64,000 nucleotides of DNA from Blastocatellia bacterium (GTDB taxonomy: Bacteria; Acidobacteriota; Blastocatellia; UBA7656). A model generated the notes under the pieces. The model ran no database searches and was not told the DNA's origin. It saw only the letters and a program-made list of their open reading frames with translations. This document shows, piece after piece, positions 41,384 to 51,258 of this stretch. Each line of letters opens with the position of its first letter. Position 1 is the stretch's first letter. The position numbers and the translations under genes were made by a program. The stretch is from contig CAVXWP010000009.1 in NCBI GenBank assembly GCA_963765495.1, positions 64,001-128,000 of the forward strand. Direction: 5' to 3'.

Positions 41384-42430
41384 TCACACAAATAAGACCT
41401 GCCCCGTCGCGTGATGGCTCAACCCGAGAGTGATGATTTTTTGAAGCAACGGCCCGTATTTGATTCCAGCGTGCTCTGCGGCTTCGGGGAAATCTTCTCC
41501 GTAAGAGATGTTCGGATTTGGATTGGCTTCAAGCAGATAGATGCGCCCATCCGCCATCATGCGATAATCGAGCCGCGCATAACCGCTCAGGCTGAGCAGC
41601 CGGTATGCGCGACGAGAAGTGTGCTCTAATTTCGCCTTGAGTTCAGGGGTCAGCTTCGCGGCTCTCGTTATGACCCCCACTTTTTCCTGATACGCATAAT
41701 CCCATTTAAGCCGGGATGTGGCGATATTGGGAGCGCCCTCCGGCAGTTTCGTAATCAAAAGCTCCCACGGCGTGAGCGTCTGCAACCGCTGATTGCCTAT
41801 GACGCCGACATATATCTCGCGGCCTTCGATATACTGTTCGGCGATGGCATGGGAATTTGTCTGCCGGTGTATAAACTCTACGCGCTCGGCCAGCTTTTGA
41901 TCGTCGTGAACGATGGAAGCGCGTGAGATGCCTACGGACCCTTCCTCGACAAGCGATTTTACCAGCAGAGGAAATTTCAGGCGGCTTGGGCGATGCGCCT
42001 TTCGATTTATCGGGAAGACCATAAAACCGGGGACCTGTATGCGATGATAGGCGAGTATCTTTTTCGTAAGCGCCTTGTCGTGTGCAAGCGTCAGCCCTCG
42101 CGGGTTGCAGCCCGTATAGGGCAGTTGTTTCAGTTCCAGATAACTGACCACGTGCTGGTCATAAAGCGAGCGCCCGTGGAACTCTTCCATCAGGTTGAAT
42201 GCGATGTGGGGGTTGAACTCTTCTATTGCGCCCCGAATCACGCCGAGGTCATCGAAAAGCCCGATAGTGCGAACATCGTGACCCATGTTTTCAAGCGCGG
42301 CTGTTACGTCATACTCGGTCTTCCAGGGTTGAATCTCTTTATCGGTAAGCCCCTCCAGTGTATTGGGTGGGACGAGGTCCTGGTGAACCAGTACGAGCAC
42401 GCGGAGCCTTTTCCTGGCTGTAAACTTCAT
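41384..42430 (-). CDS. D-Ala-D-Ala ligase-like ATP-grasp protein
   Basis: LPYTG, HDKALTK, EEGSVGI, EQYIEGRE, GYARLDYR, LEANPNP; lacks the canonical Ddl N-terminal GGxSxE. Confidence 0.85.
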   Translation of the reverse strand: MKFTARKRLRVLVLVHQDLVPPNTLEGLTDKEIQPWKTEYDVTAALENMGHDVRTIGLFDDLGVIRGAIEEFNPHIAFNLMEEFHGRSLYDQHVVSYLELKQLPYTGCNPRGLTLAHDKALTKKILAYHRIQVPGFMVFPINRKAHRPSRLKFPLLVKSLVEEGSVGISRASIVHDDQKLAERVEFIHRQTNSHAIAEQYIEGREIYVGVIGNQRLQTLTPWELLITKLPEGAPNIATSRLKWDYAYQEKVGVITRAAKLTPELKAKLEHTSRRAYRLLSLSGYARLDYRMMADGRIYLLEANPNPNISYGEDFPEAAEHAGIKYGPLLQKIITLGLSHHATGQVLFV

Positions 42431-43446
42431 AACGCAATCCGATAATGGCCTGAGTGTACGAGGTTCATGGTCTGCACGGCAAGCATAATCATGGCCTGCT
42501 CACGGGTCTGCTTTTGCGAATTGGCCACGCGCAGTTTCAAATTCTTAGAGCGCTCAATCATGTGCTTGAGCACATAATCAATAGTGTATTGATGGACGCC
42601 CGTCCCTTCGGCCACTATTTCGCGCAACTCGCGGCGATTATGACGAAGGAAACTGGCCGCGGTCGGGCGCGAGCCCTTGCGCCCGTCAGCCGAAAAGACC
42701 TTCTGCAAATCGCGGTCGTAAAAGGCCGGCCATTCAAGCGAATAAAGCTCGCGCTTGCGTCTGTAGTGCTCGCGCAAGCTTATCTTGATTTCAGATAGGG
42801 GTTCGACCTTTGAGCGAACCTTCTTTTTTGGAGGCGCGCCTACAATCTCTTCCATCAATTCGGCTATGTATTCGAGCTTACGGAGCGCCGGCCATCCCTT
42901 GTACTGTCGCCGCCACCGGGAGCCGGGCGTGAGCCAAACGGCGAAGGTCTCGGCAAAATCCTCGGCCGGGTGCGCCTGCGCATACCAGGCATCGAGGTGC
43001 AAAACATAATTCCTGCTGTTGGGCCTGGGCTTGTAGAAATCGGGATAGGGGGCTCGAAACGATCCGAACAACTCGCGCCATCGCCGTTTAAAATGGAGGC
43101 GGAAAGCCGCGTCCAATGCGTGTCCGGCTTCGTGTCTGAGTATGCGCATGCACTCGGTGTCGGTTCCACCTTCGACTTCCAGCATCTGCCTGCGCTCAAG
43201 CCGTATCAGGCGCGGATGCGCGAGGTAAAAGGGTATGGCAAATCCGGGTACGCCGTCCGGCGTGAACCATTCATGTGAAAGCCACGCGTGCGGCTTAAAA
43301 CGGATGCCGCGCTTTTCGAGTTCCTGGTATAGGCGTTCCAGACGGTTTTCAAGTGGCGTATCTTCTATGCGTAAAGGCAGATCACAGAGCCGCAAATCGA
43401 GCAGTTGTTCATCCGTCAAGAGGTGCCAATCTTTTCGAGAAACCAC
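42427..43446 (-). CDS. Putative zinc-binding metallopeptidase
   Basis: LRHEAGHA, YAQAHPAEDFAETFAVWL; 4-bp overlap with the ATP-grasp gene. Confidence 0.82.
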   Translation of the reverse strand: MVSRKDWHLLTDEQLLDLRLCDLPLRIEDTPLENRLERLYQELEKRGIRFKPHAWLSHEWFTPDGVPGFAIPFYLAHPRLIRLERRQMLEVEGGTDTECMRILRHEAGHALDAAFRLHFKRRWRELFGSFRAPYPDFYKPRPNSRNYVLHLDAWYAQAHPAEDFAETFAVWLTPGSRWRRQYKGWPALRKLEYIAELMEEIVGAPPKKKVRSKVEPLSEIKISLREHYRRKRELYSLEWPAFYDRDLQKVFSADGRKGSRPTAASFLRHNRRELREIVAEGTGVHQYTIDYVLKHMIERSKNLKLRVANSQKQTREQAMIMLAVQTMNLVHSGHYRIAL

Positions 43447-43657
43447 TCCTGTTTAGCCCCTTCGAGTATATTTTCCCTGGCGCGTACATCTTCTCGCATC
43501 AAAGCAAACCCTACTGCGGTTCGCCTCTGCTCCTAAATCTATTAAAGATGTTTCCGCATAGCAAATATTTATTTGAATGTAAGACGAACCCGCGCGAGGC
43601 CGCTCTGTTATCAGGCAGGAACATTCAGTTTTCCAAAATGTAGAACAGGAAAATGGA

Positions 43658-43751
43658 AATAGACCACGGATGACACGGATCGGACGGATTTTCGCGGATT
43701 TGTCAATTTAAAGATCAGATCCGCGAAAATCCGTCCGATCCGTGGTCTATT
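43658..43751. repeat. Palindromic 9-mer-arm element E4
   Basis: AATAGACCACGGATGACACGGATCGGACGGATTTTCGCGGAT ... ATCCGCGAAAATCCGTCCGATCCGTGGTCTATT. Confidence 0.92.
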
Positions 43752-43828
43752 AGTATTTGCTTATCGTTCAAATAAACCTTTAATACTTTTGCCGCGTCTT
43801 GCTCGCGGGTTGAAAACGGCAACTATAA

Positions 43829-44335
43829 TCAATGCCCTTTTCCATTGCCGTTGCGCGATTCAAGAGCCAGGTCTATTTTTCTTTCAGCCGTCTCTTCGGT
43901 CACGCCTATGACTTCCGAGATTTCGCGAGCCAGTAAATGTCTGGCCCTTTCAAGCGTTTGAGACTCGGCGGGCGACAATTTCTTTTTGTCGCTCAACAGA
44001 GTCAGCGATTCGATCACCCTGGCCAGGTCGAAAGCCGACCCTGATTGTATCCGCTTCGAGTTGTTGCTTGCGCGCTCCTTCCAGTTGCTCGATACATCTA
44101 TCTCCTTCTTCAGATGATTGAGCAATTTGGGAATCTCGGATTTCTTCAATAGCTGCCTGATCCCGACCTCCCCGGCTTTCTCTACCGGGATGTATAGCTC
44201 GCATCCTTTATCATCAAGAACAATAAGGTGATAAAATTCAATACGCTTGTCGCCAATCGCTTTCTTCACCACGCGATCAACCAGACAAGGCCCCTGAGAC
44301 GGATAAAAAACTCTGCTTCCTGCACTAAGTGTCAT
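43829..44335 (-). CDS. carD: CarD/CdnL family RNA polymerase-binding regulator
   Basis: GSRVFYPSQG, LYIPV....VGIR, NWKER with the conserved Trp; start uncertain (alternative GTG at 44443). Confidence 0.85.
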   Translation of the reverse strand: MTLSAGSRVFYPSQGPCLVDRVVKKAIGDKRIEFYHLIVLDDKGCELYIPVEKAGEVGIRQLLKKSEIPKLLNHLKKEIDVSSNWKERASNNSKRIQSGSAFDLARVIESLTLLSDKKKLSPAESQTLERARHLLAREISEVIGVTEETAERKIDLALESRNGNGKGH

Positions 44336-44597
44336 TTGAATCTCCATAAAATCCTCTGCAACATCGGTTGCAACATCAGTTTCGGCTTCTATTGATGCCT
44401 CTAAATCCTGGCTAATAGCCGCTATATTTCGTTTGCTCGTCACAGTCACCTCCGACGTTTCCGCCTCTTCAAGTAGTGGGAATCTCTCTTGTTGTGATTC
44501 TGACCGGCATCAGCAATTCCCTGGTGAGCGATATCTTTGTTATGTTGGATAGCTCCATCTGCGCTGGTATGGAGGACACTGCGACCTATCCTTATAC

Positions 44598-44626
44598 ATG
44601 TTACCCCACGCAACATTCGTTGTCAA
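44598..44626 (-). promoter_or_regulatory. Sigma70 promoter for carD
   Basis: TTGACA-N17-TAACAT. Confidence 0.7.
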
Positions 44627-44837
44627 ATGACTCGCGCCAATATTTACCACAAAATCAACAATTTGCAGACATGACCCTCGATGTTTGCGGGCGGGAAACG
44701 ACCTCCAACCCTTGCCCCTGCCCGCGGATGGCTGCCGCTTTTCACCTCGCCTAACCCGACCGTAACCTTTATCCCCCATCTTGCTTGACAGGACGAGATG
44801 CTGTGAATTATCTTCGGAATTGGGGGTCTATAACAGC

Positions 44838-45326
44838 ATGATAGACGTAATAGACAAGCACATACTGATGATTCTTCAAGAAAATGCTCGAACTTCAAAT
44901 GCAGAGATAGCAAGACAGGTAGGGCTTGTTCCATCGGCGATTCTGGAGCGGGTGCGCAAGCTTGAAGAGCGGGGCGTGATTAAAGGGTACACGGCCCGGT
45001 TGGATGCCCGAAAGGTAGGACTTGGGCTGCTGGCTTTTATTTTTGTGCGGACCGACGATTTCGCGGGTGAAGAGGAAACGGCTGTCTTGCTGTCTGAGAT
45101 TCCAGAGGTCATGGAAGTGCATCACATAGCGGGAGAGGATTGCTTTCTGGTAAAGGTATATTCGCCCGATACGGAAACGCTTGGCCGACTGCTCAGGGAA
45201 AAGATAGCAGCCATCAAATCCGTGCGTTCGACGCGGACTACCATAGTCTTGCAGACATCCAAAGAGACCTCATCGCTGGCCTTGGGTAGTGACGAGCAGG
45301 AGGGCAAGGAGGATGGAAATGGTTGA
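44838..45326 (+). CDS. Lrp/AsnC family transcriptional regulator
   Basis: IDKHILMILQENARTSNAEIAR, ERVRKLEERGVIKGY, HHIAGEDCFLVKV. Confidence 0.94.
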   Translation: MIDVIDKHILMILQENARTSNAEIARQVGLVPSAILERVRKLEERGVIKGYTARLDARKVGLGLLAFIFVRTDDFAGEEETAVLLSEIPEVMEVHHIAGEDCFLVKVYSPDTETLGRLLREKIAAIKSVRSTRTTIVLQTSKETSSLALGSDEQEGKEDGNG

Positions 45327-46302
45327 ACAAGAAAGCCGCGAGCGCCCTTCACGGCTGAAGCTTGTGCTGGCATTTGCGGCTATTTATCTGATATGGGGCT
45401 CTACCTATCTGGCAATCAAGTACGCGATAGAAACGCTCCCGCCGTTTCTGATGGCCGGGAGCCGGTTCATCACAGCAGGGGCCGCTCTCTATTTATGGGC
45501 GCGATGGCGCGGAGTGCCCCGCCCCGCCCCGATAAACTGGAGGGCCGCTGCAATAATTGGCGGTCTGCTTTTGCTTGGCGGCAACGGGGGAGTCGTACTT
45601 GCCGAACGACAGGTGCCTTCGGGTTTGACTGCGCTCTTAATAGGAACAGAGCCGATGATTATAGTCCTTCTCAACTGGGTGAGGCCGGGCGGCAGCAGGC
45701 CGGATGGCCGTGTGACGCTCGGGCTGGCTCTGGGATTTATCGGCATGGTGATTCTGGTAGGCCCTGTCGGGCTTTCCGGCAGCGGGGTGGTAGCCCCCCT
45801 GGGCGCAGGGCTGTTAATAGTTGCGACCCTGTCGTGGGCCGCAGGTTCGCTCTATGCCGCCAAGGCAAAACTTGGAGCCACCCCTGTTATGTCGGCGGGC
45901 ATGCAGATGCTCGCGGGCGGAGTGCTATTGCTGATAGCAGGTTTGGTCACGGGCGAAGCAGGTCAGTTCGCCCCGCACGCGGTATCGCTCAATTCGGCGG
46001 TCGCGCTCGGCTACCTGATAATCTTTGGCTCGCTCATAGCCTTTACCTCTTATAGCTGGCTGTTACGGGTGACTCCCCCTTCGATTGCTTCGACCTATGC
46101 TTACGTCAATCCGGTAGTGGCGGTGCTTTTGGGCTGGGCTGTGGCGGGCGAACCTCTTACGCTTCGCACTCTGCTGGCCGCCGCCGTGATCGTCGGAGCC
46201 GTGGCGCTCATCACATCATATAAAAAGCGCGACGACATAAAAGGTGAAAGCTGTTTTGATCGCACGCATCCCAACCCGGAATGTGTGCACTCAGGCGATT
46301 GA
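45319..46302 (+). CDS. EamA/DMT exporter (YedA-like)
   Basis: IYLIWGSTYLAIK, LGGNGGV, GSLIAFTSY, TYAYVNPVVAV; 10 TM. Confidence 0.92.
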   Translation: MVEQESRERPSRLKLVLAFAAIYLIWGSTYLAIKYAIETLPPFLMAGSRFITAGAALYLWARWRGVPRPAPINWRAAAIIGGLLLLGGNGGVVLAERQVPSGLTALLIGTEPMIIVLLNWVRPGGSRPDGRVTLGLALGFIGMVILVGPVGLSGSGVVAPLGAGLLIVATLSWAAGSLYAAKAKLGATPVMSAGMQMLAGGVLLLIAGLVTGEAGQFAPHAVSLNSAVALGYLIIFGSLIAFTSYSWLLRVTPPSIASTYAYVNPVVAVLLGWAVAGEPLTLRTLLAAAVIVGAVALITSYKKRDDIKGESCFDRTHPNPECVHSGD

Positions 46303-46306
46303 CGGC

Positions 46307-46430
46307 TGATACGTGATGCGCTCACGTGATTCGTGATTCGTGATTTGTGACGCAAGCAGGCTTGCAAATAGTCCTTTACAGGCGACCTCCCAAATAGTCA
46401 CGCATCACGGTTCACGATTCACGTGAACGC
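46307..46430. repeat. Palindromic heptamer-arm element B3
   Basis: CGTGATTCGTGATTCGTGA ... TCACGCATCACGGTTCACGATTCACG between convergent genes. Confidence 0.85.
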
Positions 46431-46436
46431 CTTCAT

Positions 46437-47720
46437 TTAACGCGAAGCATCTTCGGACCCGGCGGGACGGGCCAGATCGCGGAAATGAACATCTATGCCG
46501 GGCTTGATTTTGTGGGACAAAAAGAGGGCATCCCAGTTTGTCAGCCTGATGCACCCGTGCGAGGTCGCGTATCCAATAGTCTCAGGCGCGCTCGTTCCGT
46601 GTATGCCAAAGTGAGGCTTTGACAGCGCCATCCAGACTGCGCCGACCGCATTGTTTGGCCCGGCCGGTATTATGGCGGTCTCCTTGCTCGGGTCTTCACC
46701 CAGAAGCTTTGGCTGATAATGCCAGTCCGGGCCTTGCGTAATTGAGGTCACCTTGTAACTGCCCGAAGGTGACGGGTTGTACTCCGACCCGAGCGTGGAT
46801 GGAAAGTGATAGATTATGCGTCCGTTCCCGTCAACCGCGTGCAGGTAATGCCCGCCGTCGGAAACGATGAGTTCGGCCACGTTTGAAGAGTCGCCCTTAT
46901 CGGAAGTATTCAGATTCGGGACCATGATCGTATCGCCCGCCTTTACCTCTTTCAGATTCACTTTTGGGTTCAACTGCTCTAATAGCTCCGGCGTCACGTG
47001 ATAGGTCTCGGCCAGCTTCTCTTCTACCGATTCGTAGCACATGCATTTGAGTTTCGCCTTCTCATAAATATCCTGCGGTATCTGCACGAAAGGCCCCGCG
47101 ACATCATCTGCCGAAAGCTTCCGCTCTGTGACCAGAGCGTCGATATTTCCGGCCAGTTCCTTTAATCGCTGAAATGTCTTTTCATCCACCTGTCCGGTCG
47201 CAGGCAGCCCTTCCCGGCTTTGCAACCAGTAGATGGCTTTCTCGGTGTTCTTCCCCCATTGGCCGTCGATTACGCCCGGCGAAAACCTGGACCTGTCCAA
47301 CAAAACCTGCACGCCAAAGACCGAAGGCCCGGCCACATCTCCCGACAGGGGGAGGTGCATGGGTCCGGCGTTGACTCGCTCGGCCGAAATGTCCTGCCAT
47401 TTTTCAGGGTCCGGGGCAGCCTTTTTCTGATCTGCTTTGGCTATATTGACATACTTTTTCCAGTCCTGATCCATGCGGCCCTGTTCCAACTGCTCTTTGG
47501 AAAGCGTAACATCATCGCCGTAAGGATCGGCCTCAGACGCCGTACTGGCTGGCGATGTGTTGGCATTCTTAACTGCCTCGTTGCGATTTGCGGCGTTGCC
47601 GTTCGACCCGTCGCTGACAACGCACCCGGACGACAGAAACATAAACAAACCCAGGATCAGGCCCGTAGAAAAAAAGGCTGGATTGAATATCTTTGAAACA
47701 CAGGTTCTATTTTTCACCAT
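46437..47720 (-). CDS. L,D-transpeptidase (YkuD) lipoprotein with PG-binding and LysM-like domains
   Basis: LSSGC lipobox, FSPGVIDG..G.NT..A, LEQLNP, GIHGT...SHGCIRL. Confidence 0.9.
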   Translation of the reverse strand: MVKNRTCVSKIFNPAFFSTGLILGLFMFLSSGCVVSDGSNGNAANRNEAVKNANTSPASTASEADPYGDDVTLSKEQLEQGRMDQDWKKYVNIAKADQKKAAPDPEKWQDISAERVNAGPMHLPLSGDVAGPSVFGVQVLLDRSRFSPGVIDGQWGKNTEKAIYWLQSREGLPATGQVDEKTFQRLKELAGNIDALVTERKLSADDVAGPFVQIPQDIYEKAKLKCMCYESVEEKLAETYHVTPELLEQLNPKVNLKEVKAGDTIMVPNLNTSDKGDSSNVAELIVSDGGHYLHAVDGNGRIIYHFPSTLGSEYNPSPSGSYKVTSITQGPDWHYQPKLLGEDPSKETAIIPAGPNNAVGAVWMALSKPHFGIHGTSAPETIGYATSHGCIRLTNWDALFLSHKIKPGIDVHFRDLARPAGSEDASR

Positions 47721-47940
47721 AGTTCTCCCCATATATTTTTATGCTGGAAATCGGATCGAAATCACTCAGGGATTCGCATCGAGTCGTTTTCTTGATAAGG
47801 GGGAAGAATTGCCAGGTATTTTTTCCGGCCTCACGATGCCCGAATAAGAAGCGTCACTTTAAGAGCTTCAAGCGTCTCTTTATAGCTTACCTCAACTGAG
47901 CGGGCGCTGGCGAATCAAAAGCCGCAGGCCCCTTTGACAT

Positions 47941-48005
47941 TAACAAGATTCAAGAAGATAAGAGCGAATCCTGTTTGATCCAATCAAATCCCGTTAATCC
48001 TGTCT
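47941..48005. repeat. Degenerate family-F 9-mer element F2
   Basis: TAACAAGATTCAAGAAGAT ... ATCCTGTTTGATCC...ATCCCGTTAATCCTGTCT. Confidence 0.6.
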
Positions 48006-48009
48006 GCTC

Positions 48010-49179
48010 TTACTTGTGGCGCGCACCTTCTTTTGACGGCTCGCCGCGCTTGCGCCAGGCGAAACGTGCGGCCCAGGGGTTCGGCTTTTGCTCAAGCACG
48101 TCGGCTATAATACGGCCCAGGACAGGGGCGAATTTGAATCCGTGTCCGCTGCCGCCTGTCGCAATCATCAGACCGGGCCGCGTCGGATCGTGATCTATAT
48201 AAAAATCTCCGTCCCACGTATCGCAATAGAGGCATAGGCGCGAGGTCGTAAGCCTCGCATTTGAAAGAGTGGGAAAGGTCTCCCGCAGGAAGGCGCGGCA
48301 TTCCTCGACATCCTCGGGGCTGACCTCGCGAGGGGCATCGGGATGAACGGGGTGTCCGGGTCCGTGATTGCCTACTTTAAGGGTTCCGTCTTTCAAGGCA
48401 GGAAATCCATACCACCCGGTCCTGCTGATATCGGCTCCCCACGGAGCGAAGCGCGGCGCTTGATAATCAGCCGGGTTGTCGGGGTGGAAATGAAAGACGG
48501 GCTGCCCGACTATCCACATAAAATCGCTCAGGTGAGGCAGCAGAATCGGAGTCCACGCGCCCGCCGCTACTATAGTGAAATCGGCCCTGTACATGCTTCC
48601 ATCAGCAGTCCGGATACCGGCTATGCGCTGTCGTTCTTCAATCAGGCCAACCGCGCGTTGTCCTTCAACCAGATCTACGCCCGCATCGCGCGCCCGTTCG
48701 ATCAGCCACCGGACGACCAGACTGCTTTCGACCCATCCCGCTCGCGGGTTGAAATAACCATCCGTATATTTTTCAGCCACCCAGACTGGAAATCGCGCTT
48801 TCAGAGTTTCAGAATCCATCCGCTCGGCGCTGTGGCCCCGGGCCCTGAGCAGGCGAAAGCTCTCAAACTCGAAATCACCCGGCTGCATCCGTTCGCGCGT
48901 CAGAAACAAGAATCCGTCTTCGTGAAAAAGCGGTTCTCTCCACATTTGCTTCCAGCGGTCCCACTCCTGGAAGACCTCCTCCATCAGCCGCATGTAAAAT
49001 TCGTCCGCGCCGTAATCCATGCGGATAGCCTTGCTTATGTCAGTAGAGGCCGCGCGAGCGTGAGGCAGAGGGCCGGGATCAATTAACTTGACTTTGTAAT
49101 TACGCCTGCATAGTTCGAGCGCGGCGGTCACTCCGAATATGCCTGCGCCGACGACAAGGACCGAACGGGAAACGCTCAT
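48010..49179 (-). CDS. FAD-dependent oxidoreductase, monomeric sarcosine/fructosyl-amine oxidase-like
   Basis: VGAGIFG, ASTDISKAIR, CLYCDT, GGSGHGFKFAP. Confidence 0.87.
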   Translation of the reverse strand: MSVSRSVLVVGAGIFGVTAALELCRRNYKVKLIDPGPLPHARAASTDISKAIRMDYGADEFYMRLMEEVFQEWDRWKQMWREPLFHEDGFLFLTRERMQPGDFEFESFRLLRARGHSAERMDSETLKARFPVWVAEKYTDGYFNPRAGWVESSLVVRWLIERARDAGVDLVEGQRAVGLIEERQRIAGIRTADGSMYRADFTIVAAGAWTPILLPHLSDFMWIVGQPVFHFHPDNPADYQAPRFAPWGADISRTGWYGFPALKDGTLKVGNHGPGHPVHPDAPREVSPEDVEECRAFLRETFPTLSNARLTTSRLCLYCDTWDGDFYIDHDPTRPGLMIATGGSGHGFKFAPVLGRIIADVLEQKPNPWAARFAWRKRGEPSKEGARHK

Positions 49180-51056
49180 TTGGATTCGCCCCCTCCATTG
49201 AGCCAGTTTCGAGCCTGTTTCAAGGCTTCGGGACTTCCGACCAGCACCAGTATATCTTTTCTTTTGAGAACCGTATCGCCGTGCGGGACCACGACTTCTC
49301 CCTGTCGCTGGATGCCAAGCACAAGCGCGTTTCCGGGCAATCGCACGCGTCTGAGCGGCTGCCCTTCAAGAGCCGAGTTTCCGAGCGGTACATCCGCGAG
49401 ATCGACATCATCGCTTTTATCTACGAGCATCGCAAAAGCCGAGGGGAAACGCAGCGCGCCTTCGATGGCTACGGCGGTGGCCATGGCGGGTTGCACAACC
49501 TTAACGTCGAGCACCTGAAGATCCTGAACCAGTTGCGGATCATCTGCGCGAGCGACTATCGAAGGAATCTTGAATCGCTCGCGAGCAAGACGGCAGACGT
49601 GAAGGATCAGATCGGACGCATTGGAAACGGCGATCAGAGCGTGAGCCTGCTCCGCGCCTGCGCGAACGAGAACATCTTCATCGGCGGGGTCTCCGATCAC
49701 GCATTCAAATCCCTTTCGCCGGAGCCGCTCGAGTTGCGCCAGGTCGCGGCCTATGAATGTGACCCGGTCTTCGGACTCGCGCAATCGCTGACCGAGGAGC
49801 ACGGCTAGCTGCTCGGTGCCCAGAATAATCACACCCTCGCGCTGGATAACTGGAGGCGTCGGAAATATGCGAGAGAAGATCAGGGGCGAAAATGTGCAGG
49901 TTATTATGGCTACAAGTATCAGATTCGAATTTGTGGCGCTCGTGATGACGCCGAGTTTCAGCGCGATGGCCGAAGCGGCGATGATCAAAGAGAGACGCGA
50001 AGACAATAATATTCCTGCACCCAGCGTCCGCCTCCAGCCAAAGCGGGCACGGAAGATCAGCGCCGGAACTATCTTCACAAGATAGGCGGCAAAGATCAGT
50101 ATGGGGACGAGCACCAGGTCTTTTTTCGAGACAAGCAATGCGCCGAGGTCGAACTGTGCGCCCACGTTGATAAAGAAGATCGGTATAAAGAAGCCGTATC
50201 CGATGGCGTCGAGTTTTTCGCGAAGCGATGAGTCGTGGCCGGGGCTGCTCACGCTCATTATCGCGCCCGCCAGAAATGCCCCAAGTATGACTTCGACCCC
50301 GAGCGATTCGGCAAGCACTACCCAGACCACCATCAACGCAAAAGCGCCCCGCACGCGAATCTGGCTCGTAGCGTGTGAAAGCTCCGAGATGATTCTGGGC
50401 AGTACAGGGACACGTTTTAGTAACCGGCTTATGCGCGTCGCAACAATAAAGGCCGCGAGCAGTACCATAAACAACAGCAGGTCGAGGCTGAGTCCGTGGC
50501 TTATGACCGCGATAACCAGACTCAAAAGCAGAAGGGTGACAAAATCGCTTATCAGCGCCGAAACCAGCAAAACCTGACCATAGGTGCTTGCCGTCAGGCC
50601 TCTCTCTTTCAGGATAGGCACTACGATGCCCAGTGATGTAGTGCTTAAGATCAGACCCATCAGAATTGGATTGCGGCTCATTCCGGCTATCGTCAAACCG
50701 AACCCTAACACAACAGAAAGCGCGAGGGTCAGGAGAAAACAGAGGACGGACAGGGGAAGCGGGTATTGCCAGCGGGGCCTCTTTTCCGAGTCTGTGGCGC
50801 TGGCAAAAAGCGTCTCGAAACTCACCTCAAGACCCGAGATAAACATTAAGAATGTGAATCCGAATTCGGCGAGGAAGGTCAGCGTAGGCGTAGATGGAAC
50901 CAGATCAAACCCGCTCTTGCCTATTACAATGCCTGCCAGGATTTCGCCTACGATTATAGGCACGCGAACCTGACGTATACGGCTTGCGAGGACCGGCACG
51001 ATGACCGCCAGAAGCGTTATCAACAGTAAGGGGACGAACGGAGACTGCTGCTCCAT
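49176..51056 (-). CDS. CPA2 cation:proton antiporter with RCK (TrkA-N/TrkA-C) domains
   Basis: TTSLGIVVPILKE, ILGAFLAG, FFIPIFFINVG; C-terminal VVPHGDTVL..GS. Confidence 0.92.
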   Translation of the reverse strand: MEQQSPFVPLLLITLLAVIVPVLASRIRQVRVPIIVGEILAGIVIGKSGFDLVPSTPTLTFLAEFGFTFLMFISGLEVSFETLFASATDSEKRPRWQYPLPLSVLCFLLTLALSVVLGFGLTIAGMSRNPILMGLILSTTSLGIVVPILKERGLTASTYGQVLLVSALISDFVTLLLLSLVIAVISHGLSLDLLLFMVLLAAFIVATRISRLLKRVPVLPRIISELSHATSQIRVRGAFALMVVWVVLAESLGVEVILGAFLAGAIMSVSSPGHDSSLREKLDAIGYGFFIPIFFINVGAQFDLGALLVSKKDLVLVPILIFAAYLVKIVPALIFRARFGWRRTLGAGILLSSRLSLIIAASAIALKLGVITSATNSNLILVAIITCTFSPLIFSRIFPTPPVIQREGVIILGTEQLAVLLGQRLRESEDRVTFIGRDLAQLERLRRKGFECVIGDPADEDVLVRAGAEQAHALIAVSNASDLILHVCRLARERFKIPSIVARADDPQLVQDLQVLDVKVVQPAMATAVAIEGALRFPSAFAMLVDKSDDVDLADVPLGNSALEGQPLRRVRLPGNALVLGIQRQGEVVVPHGDTVLKRKDILVLVGSPEALKQARNWLNGGGESK

Positions 51057-51102
51057 CTTCTAAAATTCTCCTCTGATCTCAGACCCTGAGACTAACACAG
51101 AA

Positions 51103-51258
51103 AAGCAGTAGGCAGTAAGCAGTAGGCAGTAGGCAGTTAGCTGACGATCAAGACCAGAGCGACGGGGTCGGAAATATCTGGCCAGGCTATGGATATGAAT
51201 AGTTGGTACTCGCCTCCGTCAATTACTGCCTACTGCCTACTGCCTACTGCTTACTGCC
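51103..51258. repeat. Palindromic heptamer-arm element C1 (GGCAGTA/TACTGCC)
   Basis: About 5 units per arm; spacer of about 85 bp homologous to 63669-63843. Confidence 0.95.

Noticed and set aside
41384-42430. Housekeeping ddl or van resistance ligase
   Set aside because: Lacks the N-terminal GGxSxE motif and has neither dcw nor vanHX context.
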